This document shows positions 17,662-28,000 of a DNA stretch of 64,000 nt, piece by piece (the first letter of the stretch is position 1; every line of letters begins with the position of its first letter). Below the pieces are notes generated by a model. It had not been told where the DNA came from, did no database searches, and saw only the letters and a program-made list of their open reading frames with translations. The translations under genes were made by a program, and so were the position numbers. Source of the DNA: a virus; IMG/VR virus record IMGVR_UViG_3300029319_000012, positions 32,001 to 96,000 of that record, one strand, 5' to 3'.

Positions 17662-19020
17662 ATGCCCTCTAACATATCAATAACACAGGCGCAAAAGTCA
17701 TCAGCTGATGGTCCAGTTTCTGTAACAAGAGTTTCAGTGACAGACGCTAGCGGACAACCAACTGCAGCTTTGACTACAACTTCAAAACAAAAAGCAGACA
17801 AGTTTGTTAATGAACAGCTTGATAAACATCCAGATGCTACAATAAACAATACACCCGCTGATGAATATAAACAAGAATCTGAGGCAAATCAAAATTTACC
17901 ACAGATATCACCCCCGCCTGCACCAGCACCAGCTCCTGAGCAAGGTCTAGGCGAAGAGAGCATATATGATGAAGCGCAAGGATCGTTCCCCGGTCCCCGT
18001 GGCGAAGAAACTACAAGACCGCCTGCGCTCACAAAACAAACAAGATTTACTGCTGGTGTGCATCCAGACAGACTTCAAAGCTATGACAGATTAACTGAGG
18101 CAGAAAAAGTTAAGTTTGGGGTAAATGGTGCATGCGGAAATATAAAAATGCAACCAAAATGCCATAGACCAAAAGCATTTAATGAAGAGGTCTTTAGAAA
18201 CCCTGATGGGAATGCGTTTATTGTTCTTGGAAGCGACCGCCCCGGTCGAAAACACACAGGCTATGGAGGCGCCGCTCATACTCAAACAGATGCAATTGAT
18301 ATATGTGTTGGCTTAGGAGGACCTAATCCGTATGAATACAGAAAGGCATATAATTCTGAAACGCGCAAAATGGAATATAAACTAAAAGAAACAAACCCTA
18401 ATTTTTTTGAGGATGCTGCAAGAATTTATTTAAGCCAAAAAACTGATGTTGACAGAAACTTTGGTCTAAGACAATTTAAAGGAAAATCAAACGATTATGA
18501 TGCACCAGCCGGCGCAACTGGCGCTAAGTCTGCTATCGGAGTAAAAGCAGATCATATTAGAGTTATTGGGCGTGAGACAATTGATATTGTAACAGGCACC
18601 GACAGTAAAAATTCTGCAGGTGGTGATATAAATGGTGAAAAAACTGGCATCAATATTGTTGCCAATAATCAATATGATACCTTGCAACCAATGGTGCTAG
18701 GAACAAATGCAACATTGGCTTTTGACAGTCTGGCAGATAAAGTTGCAGAGCTAGCTACAATTGTTGAGGCATTTACAGAGTATCAGCTAGAGTACAATAA
18801 TGTAATTGCTACACACGACCATATCTCGCCTTTTTTTGGAATTCCAACAACCCAATCTAAACAATTGTTACAGTCAATATTTAGCACAACTTTTAAATTT
18901 TTTAACAATACTAAAATGAGCATAATCAAGCATTTAACAAATTTATCTGGGTTTAAATCAAAATATTTGCGAGACAGTGGTAAATACTTTATACAAAGCG
19001 ATAATAATAAAACAAATTAA
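17662..19020 (+). CDS. Baseplate central spike protein (gp5-C/gpV-like beta-helix with HxH tip)
   Basis: Beta-strand-rich repeats (AFIVLGSDRP, ARIYLSQKTD, IGVKADHIRVIGRE), QPMVLG, HDH motif at 18814-18822; position before gp25. Confidence 0.62.
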   Translation: MPSNISITQAQKSSADGPVSVTRVSVTDASGQPTAALTTTSKQKADKFVNEQLDKHPDATINNTPADEYKQESEANQNLPQISPPPAPAPAPEQGLGEESIYDEAQGSFPGPRGEETTRPPALTKQTRFTAGVHPDRLQSYDRLTEAEKVKFGVNGACGNIKMQPKCHRPKAFNEEVFRNPDGNAFIVLGSDRPGRKHTGYGGAAHTQTDAIDICVGLGGPNPYEYRKAYNSETRKMEYKLKETNPNFFEDAARIYLSQKTDVDRNFGLRQFKGKSNDYDAPAGATGAKSAIGVKADHIRVIGRETIDIVTGTDSKNSAGGDINGEKTGINIVANNQYDTLQPMVLGTNATLAFDSLADKVAELATIVEAFTEYQLEYNNVIATHDHISPFFGIPTTQSKQLLQSIFSTTFKFFNNTKMSIIKHLTNLSGFKSKYLRDSGKYFIQSDNNKTN

Positions 19021-19032
19021 TCAGGAACATTC

Positions 19033-22000
19033 ATGCCAACACCAACAATAGATGAAGCTATAGTGGGATTTGCTAACGTTGTAGCATCTATCTCAGAACT
19101 GCTAGACACTCCTGGGCAGGGGAATCAAGTGCTGTGGGGCATACCGATCGGAACAGCACAAGATCTAGATTGGGACGACTCTCTACCCTTTCCAATGACA
19201 ATTAATCAGCCTGAAGTTTCTTTTATGGGCTTCGATGATCTAGATGAACAAGAGCAAGAGTTTGCTAGCACTCAGGCGCTAAAAGAGGAGTTTATTCTTA
19301 TATTTAAGGCGATTCGCGCAACCGCAGCTCTGATTATACAAGACGATAAAGCAATAACATTGCCTGCTCCTGCGCTAGAGGCACTAGGCATTACCCCTCT
19401 GCCAAAAAACATAAGCTCTTTTCAACAAAATATTATACCAAAAGTAAAAACATTTGTTGAAGATCTAAAAATAATGCAAGAAAATTATTATTTTTCTGCC
19501 AACCAAGACGAGCTGAATGAAGCCTTTACCCCCGCTCCTGGAGTTGAAATATTTAGTCAGATTTCATCTATTTTAGACCCTGACGGTGCTATTCTTGAGT
19601 TTCTAGGTCTTTTCGGTACAACTGTCAGCCTTTTGCCTGATGTAAGATCAATATCTACTACATCATCTCCTGCAAACTCAGTTTTTCTAACTGATTCTGA
19701 GCTTGAACGCTCACTAGGTTTTTTTGGTAACGCGCCTGATTACTATATTGGATTTTTATTATCACCAAAAAGATCTGGTATATTTGATGATCCAAATAAT
19801 CCAGACAAAAAATTTGTACGAAATAATGGCTATATACCAGCTAGGCGCTCGCCTTTTGCAGAGACTGGTTTTCGTGAAGAGCATGGCTGGGATAAGCCGG
19901 TTACACAGCACTATGATGATATCAACGGTCTTGTAGACATAGTTGGAGGAACTTTTGATTCGAATGGTATTGAAATACCATTGGGTACAGCTGTATACGT
20001 AACTGAAATTGTTGAAGGTGCTGAAGGCTTGTGGGTTGGTTTTGTTCCATTCCCAAATGCTCAATTTACAGAGCAACAAATTAAAAATCTAACGTTAGAT
20101 TACAAGTATATCCTGTACACAAGACCAGAGTTTATCAGAAAATCTGAAAACAGCGCTAATTTAAGTCCTGAGCCGTTACTAAAATATAATCCATCTTCAA
20201 CAATATCAAATTCACAATTAGAAGCAGCTTACGATCAGGTAGGGTCTGGTGTTGTTAAGACTTTGCATACTGCTAATAAATTAGCAAACGAGCAGTCAAA
20301 AGAATTTTTTGATCCTCAAGGTCAATCTTTTAGCTGGACATCTCTAAAGAAGATGGATTTTTTCTTGCAATATGTTGATTTTGGCTTTTACAATGAAAAA
20401 GAATATAGAGAAATCATTGCACCGCAAGGTCCTGATGGTTCTGGTCCGAGGGGTCCTCTGCTTCGCCCTGATATTCTAGAATCTAATACCAGATATAAGT
20501 TTTCATCAGGATATTATTATTTTATTGTTGGCGATGGATCAACACCTCAGTTAGTTGCAACATCATCTGACGCAAATCCAACAAGCTATACAGCAGATGG
20601 AGTGCCAGTTGGTCTTTCGGATGATGAAGCCGAAGCAATAAGGGCAGGGAACTTAGGTGTTGTCAGCGAACAAACAAGAAATGCAGCGTTTAATGATTTA
20701 TTGCGCGCCCTTGGAAAAGATACCACGCCATCAGCTCTTTTAAATTCTATAAAAAATAAATATTTTGCTGAGATTTCAAGTGCTGTTAATCCATCATCAA
20801 TTAGTGACAGCAATCAAAGGGTGTTGTATGCTGTACCAGCATCGTACATTGAGCCTTTACCGGATTCAAAAGCAGCATATGATGAAGATTTCCTACCAGG
20901 CTCTCAGTTTTTAGGTGGAAAAAATTATATAGCAAACATAAAACTACAAGACTTTATTGTAGAGAATGAATCTGGAACATCAGCAGAAGGTGCGTCTGAG
21001 CAGACTGAGCATGTAAAAAGTATTGTGGCAAAATTAGAAGAATTTTCTAAGCAAGTACAGATATTTGAAGATAACGGTGGAACTGTTTTAAATCCAAAAA
21101 GCTTGCCATTTGACATGCAAACTCAAATTGATGCGTTTAAAAAATTACCAACTATCCTTAGGGCGTTTCTACAAAGACAAGCAGCGCCCTATTCTGATAG
21201 CAGCGATTTGCTTGATTCTCTTATTGCAGAGTCTATAACAGATCCTGAATCTAATCACAGGCTAGAAATTGGCTTAAAAGATAATGGAAAGCTTGGAGAA
21301 GATGTGAGGCTGACAATATCTTATGTTCTTTTTATACCTGACCCAGAATCTCAATCAACACTACGCTCAGCAATCACAGCTAGATCATCTTTTATTGACA
21401 TATTTGATGCTGAAACTAATGCCCCAACTGGTATTGGCTTTATATTAAGAAGGGGGCTAGACTTTCTTAGAAACGAAATTGCAGGGCTCGATGTTTCAAC
21501 AGGATTAGTTGCAGACGCATCAACTGGTCAAGCGATAGACGAATTATCGACTCTTAATGATCAATCGTCTGTGATGGGAACAAGATCTTTATTTTATTTA
21601 ATGCATGCTGATTACATAAAAGATTTTTCTAGAAATGATGCTAGCGATGATCCTGTAAACAAGGCTAATAAATGGGTTTACGACTTGCAAGAAATTACAG
21701 TGCCACCTTTATTAATATGGTACAGCAAAAAAGCAAGTGCTGCTAATGAAAAGCCAGATTGCTCTGAATTATATGAAAAGCTTCAAAGGCTTGGACCAAA
21801 CCCAACAGAAGAAGAGCTTCTTATTCAAGAGACCTACTATCGCGATTGTTTAGACTATCATTATGATAAATTTAAAAAACCAACTCCAGCAACTGGCTTA
21901 AGAACTTCAAGGGTAAGCCTAGAGTCAGCGATGGATAAGATGTCAAATTCAAAAACAGGCGGCATGTCTAAAGAGGGCATGATTGTTTATCGAGCATTTT

Positions 22001-25000
22001 TAAACCACCTAGACCCCCAAGGCATTATGAGTTTGATGATGGCATGTTTTCAGCATAAACTTGGCTTGCCACTAACCGCAGAAGCTATATGTGAATATGC
22101 TATTACAAAATTAGTTGAAGCTGACTTCCTTGGTTTTAGTAAAGCTGTTAACGATTTTAGTCCAGTACTAGCTGCAGCTCTAGGGTTGACACCGACTTTT
22201 GTTGATCCAGCAAAAAGAAAAGAACTTGAAGATAAGATTGATAAGAATTTATCAACAATCGCAGAAAATTTTGATGATGCCATGACTGCCGATGGCAAGC
22301 AGCCTCCTGATGAGCAAGCCTCAACTCGTGTTGGACCACTTGGACCAGTTGTTGATGATAGCTTTGCTGGCACAGAAGTAGCTACCGCGCTAGCTATTTT
22401 GTACGCACAAACAGAAGTACAGGAATCAATATTAGGCAATGATCCAAATGTAGCGGGAATTACCGAAGCCATTGAAGCTCTACGTAGGGCTGAATTAAAA
22501 GAATATAGAATTGATTTAGTACCAGCGTTTAGAGCTAATCAAGACGCTCAAGCCGAGCTTGAAGCATATGAGCGAGTTCAAATCGAGCGAGAGAGAAAAA
22601 AATTATTAGACTCTGGCTATAGCTCAAGACAAACTGATTCTATTTTAATTCTAAATGGTTTGCTGCGACCATCACCAACACAGATCGATGGTTTTTTAAC
22701 CGGACCAAACAATGTTTTTGATTCTGGTACTCGCGCTACAGACTTTTTAAATAAAACAGTTAGACCAGGCAGGATAGATGGTAGTCTTTCAACCGGTGCA
22801 CCAGGTCTACAATCTGCTGCACAAGGTCTTCAAGAGGCGAAAGCATGGGTTAGCTGGGCAAAAAGGATTGTTGATCTAGGTGCAATTTGCGAAGCAGTTG
22901 TTGGACCACTACTTAAATTGCCTGGAAATCTTCTTAAAGGCGACGGCGAAGGGTTCTTTGACGACTATGCTCGTCGACTCCAGAAATATTTTGATTTTCC
23001 TAAGCCAAAATTTAATTTACCGGACAACTTGCCAGTTGATAATCGAGTTGGAGACTATAATAAAAAGCTTCTAGAGGCGTTTTTGGGTATGATTGGCATG
23101 ATGCTTGGACAAGTTGCCAACGCACTTTTAAGAGATCTGCTAGAGCGATGCTTTGAAGAAGAGGATCCTCAGTCTGCTGGTAGCCCTGTTGATAGCACGC
23201 CAGCATTAGATATCCCAAGCTTGCAAAATAGAATCGCTCCGTTAATTCCAAATGCGCCAAGGGCAGATATTTTAGCTTGGCTGACTGCCTTGTTAGACCG
23301 ATTAAACAAAGCACAACTTTGTTCTTTATTGCGAAGAGAAGCTTCAACCCGTCTTTTAAATTTCTGTGTTGATTACACTAGAACAAGTCATCCGCTAGTC
23401 TATCAGTCAGGTATTGACTCAAGTGAGCAAATAAAGAATATATTTGCAATCCTTGGTGAGGAAGTTGGGCTAGATATCTGCAATACAATAGAAGCCGTCG
23501 AGGCTGTCTTAACAGAAGATGCTTGTGGAAAAGTAGAATACAATACTGATGACAGAATTAATTCGCTCATGGAAGCTGGATTAACACAAAAAGAAGCACA
23601 GCTTCAAACATTCAGAGAGCTGCAAGCGTTCAAGGATAAGATCTTCGACTTAGGAGAATTTTTATTCCCCAATAACAATCCATTAGAAAACAAGCTGCCT
23701 GATATTTGTGGACCAAATGGGTTCTTTGTTTTGCCACCAGCCATCAAGACATCAATGAAAAAGATAACTGATAACATGCTGGCTCAAGTTAAAGGCGCGC
23801 TTATATCTGATATGGCTGATCTAAAGTTTTTAACGCTTCCACCAAAAGCCATAACAGCAGCCAACAATCCAGATCAACTATTGGGATCTTTTGCAGATTT
23901 TACTAAAAATGCAAGAGATCCTTATAAGAAACTACTTTTTGCTTATGTCGGTCCTGGCAGAGTACAGTCAGTGGACGGAGATAATTTTAATATTGATTAT
24001 GGAGGCATGCCAAATTATCAGCTTTGCTATAATGAGTCAGTCCATTACAATATGATTCATGTACCAAAGAGTCAAAGTGAAGTTGTTGATCAAATAATAA
24101 GTGATCGTGTTGATAAATTTATTGCCGATCAAAAACAAAAAGCTCTCAACAATTTATATACTTCTCTAAATACCTATGAATCCGTTACTCTAGAAGCATT
24201 CGAGGCGCTTGTTGCAACTGGCGATGGTGATCTAGACGAAGGACTTAAATTTATTGTTGATCAAGCATTTGAATATTTTCTTGGCAACTCACATATTTCA
24301 CTTCAAATTGGTGATGATGGAAAATACCACCCACACGACACCACAGCCGAAAACCTTCAAGGCAGTCTTGAGGACGCTATAAGACAAAGAATTCAAGGCA
24401 CTGTGGGACCTGAAGGCTCAGCTTTATACGAGCAGACCGTGCATAAGCAAGGCGATGGAGATCAATCTAATATTTATGTTGGTGGAGATTTATCACATGA
24501 AATATATTATGGTGGTATGAATAACACCTCTCCACCATCGTTAATAAAAAATTTAAAGTTTACCGATGAGTTTACAATACTTGGAATGCCATTCATGATA
24601 CAAGGTTCGGATAAATACCCAGATAATACAATTTTAATTGGAAAAGGTGATGCTGGTGAAGACGGTAAGAGTTTCCAGACTGATTACGGCGGCGGCGGTG
24701 CGAATCGAGATTTAAGTGTTTATACAACCGGATCTTTTCAGACATTTGAATCAGACGTTGATTTGGAGCCTTTGCCAGAAGGAAGTGGGGTGGGAAGTTA
24801 TGCTCAAGAGGTAAGAAGATTAATTCAGGAAAGAAGTAGCGCTTTATCCACTGGAAATAGCCTTTTAAGGGTTACATACGATAGCCCTGCAGCAGAACTT
24901 TTGAGCGCTCCAGGCTTTGTTCCGATAAATATTTCAACCCTCCTGCGCGAGTTTCCTCAAGATTTTATTTATGCTAAATCGTCTGGTCCACTCCTCGCTG

Positions 25001-28000
25001 AAAATTTTGAGGACTACTCAGAAGAGCATGCATCGTTTGTTGCAAAGTTTCCTGCTGTTTTTACAAATTTATCTAATGCTTTGCAAGAGTATATGGAAAA
25101 AAATGACCTTTTAAGTGTAAAGACAAAGGACTTAGCAGAGGGAACGTCACAAAACGGCGCGGAAGTAGTAGGTGCTCTCGGTTCGCCCGTGCAGATGACA
25201 GGGGAAGGTGAGGTAGTAGAACTCGGCGACGGGGAAACAACGATACTTTATGGACCTGCACCAAATGATTTTACTGGATTTAACTCCAGCATAATTGATG
25301 GAATATCAGACCATATCAAAAGTCAATTTGCTAAAGATTTAAAGCCCATGGGTTTGGAAAACTTTATTTATTCTCATGAAATGCTAGTACATGGTCAAAA
25401 GTCAAAATATAGACCAGCCGCAGTGCTTGAAGATACTCTAGAGAGAGGTCCTGGCACTTCCTGGGGATTGAAAGCAACACCAGCTGTAAATCATGCAAAA
25501 ACTGAAAAAGATGACCTTAGAGCAATATTTTCTAATTTTGGCTCAAGTCTTTCAAGGACTTATTTTTCTTTAGATACAAAATTAAAAGATATTTCACCCA
25601 ATAGAAATCATTGGTATGGCATGCTCATGGCTTTTACTGGTGTTCAGCTCGATGGCGCTATTGACAATCTTAATAAATACAATATGGATAGCCACCCTGG
25701 CAGCTACGAGGATGAAGGCGATACAGATAGATACTTTGAAGAATTAAAGATGTTTAGAGCTAGCCCAGGATTAAGATTTATAACTGAACACATAGCTTAT
25801 GTAAATGATAAAGATCACAATATTATTGATGCATTTATGGAGTTTACTTTAGGTGAAGCTTCAGGCATCACTGAAGAAAGAGTGTCTGCCATTTATCCTA
25901 ATTTAAAAGGCATTGTTGGCAATATAAAAGGCGTTATGCTAACAAAAATGAGATTTTTCTGCGACACAGTTACCTATGAGGGTCACGATAGAAGATTTTT
26001 ACATGATGCAGGCGCAGCTGTTGGTCAGATGGACTCAATCCCAAGAGAGCCAAAGCCAAAAGATGATTCTGAATCATACGATGGAAACAAGCTTTATCCA
26101 TCAATAATGCCCTTGGCGATTCTTTATGAAGAGGTGTTTAGAGACCCAACTAACGCATGGAATCAAGATGCAGATACTTTATTAAACCTGTACTCTATGG
26201 ACACGGAGCCTGTTAGCGAAGAATTAAAAGAGGCTTTAGAAAATTACAGTCCAAGTGGCTTCCCTCCATACTTTGGCTTTAAAGAGAATGGTATGGAAGA
26301 TTATATTTTGGGCAGGGCTGATAATGACTTCGCGCTGGCTTTAGAATCTTATCATTCATTTAACCCTAATACAATAAAATTAGATCTTCCAGTTAGAAAT
26401 ATTTCAGTGTTAAGTGTTGATGCAGGTGAAACAACAAAAAGAATCACAGATTTGTTTTCAGATTTAGGTTCAGGAATTGATGCAGCTAATGATGATCCAG
26501 AGTTAAAAGCAGAACTTTCTACGGTTAGTGAGCAACTAGGCTTGCTTTCAGTCAATAGTTCAATGATATATCAAAATTTTGATTCTGATGTATCATTAAG
26601 CACTTTATATCCTGATTATAAAGATGCATATTTCTTTGGTAAGGGCAAATTTGTTGAGTCAGATTTTGATAGCTTCTATTATGCCGTCGCTGAGCCCAGC
26701 AACAGCGATTCTGCACTTGTTAGAAAATTAAATAATGCTAAATATAATTTTAATATCTATAGATCTCAAGGGCTCGACATGGGTCAGAATGTTAGCAACT
26801 TATTGACTAATATTTACACAATTGATCCGCCACTCAATCCGCCATACGAAAATTTTCTACCTAAAAAAGAGATTGTTGACACATATATTGAAACGATATA
26901 TCCATCCGAGCTTAATTATACTAATCAAATTACTCACGGGGCAGATAAGATCGTGATCGCAACAACTCCTGATAATCAAACGGCGGGCTTTTCAACTGTG
27001 CCAGATTTGCTTCCAAATATGACTGGCAAACTCCCTCCTGAAGACCCAATTACAAGACTATTTCATCATGATAAAAACACAAGAGCAAAAATATTTGGTC
27101 GCTTGATTACAAAAAAACTTGAAAAAGCATTTTTAGATAATGGAGGAACAGTAAATCAAGATGCCTTAGCTTATATCGAACACAACCTTTCTTCATACGG
27201 ATATTCTGCAATGAAGATGGCTTATTCAAATCAAGCTTTTGCAAAGTTAAAATCCTCTAGGCTCAATACTAGAAAAATGTTGCGCAAGATTTGGGATAAA
27301 ATTTTACAGCTGCCAGAAAATAGCTCTGCAAGTCAAGAATGTAAAGATCTTTTTGATCGAATCAATCTTTCAACAACAAAAGATTTAATTAAGACAAATA
27401 CAGACTTTTTCAATGTTTCAAAGGTCAAAAATTTAATACTAGATTCGTTTGAAAAGGCAGCATGTCGCGATGTATTTAATCCTGAAACACCAAGAGACAG
27501 CGCAGCTCGCAATGCACTTCTTGAGGGATCGATTATTGTTTTAATAAAAGTTTACTGTCTAGAGATGTGTCTAGCAAGTGTTTTTGCTTGGGACAGTTTT
27601 AATCTGCGAGACGTATTTTCCAGTAAATTAATGACCAGAGTAATAGTGCAAAATATTAAAGAAGGCATTGTAACAAGCCCAAGAGCCATATCGTTTGACG
27701 ATATTGCAAACGTGGCTAGCCAATATCTAATAAAAAAGATACCTAAGTATGATCAATACTACGCTGGTATAATACCTCAAAGCCCTTTTGAGAAAATGGT
27801 TGAAATGGAGGCTAATGACTTAGCTGGTACAATCCAGAACATGTTGCCCAATAGCAATCCCCTTACAACAGATCTAACGATTGATTTAGTTAAAAATTCT
27901 GATCCCGATTTTGCTGTGTCGTTTGATACAAAGTTTCCAAGTTTTGTGGAGAACGAAGGGCAGTTTTTATATGCCCTAAGTAAACTTCTTAGTGAGACCG

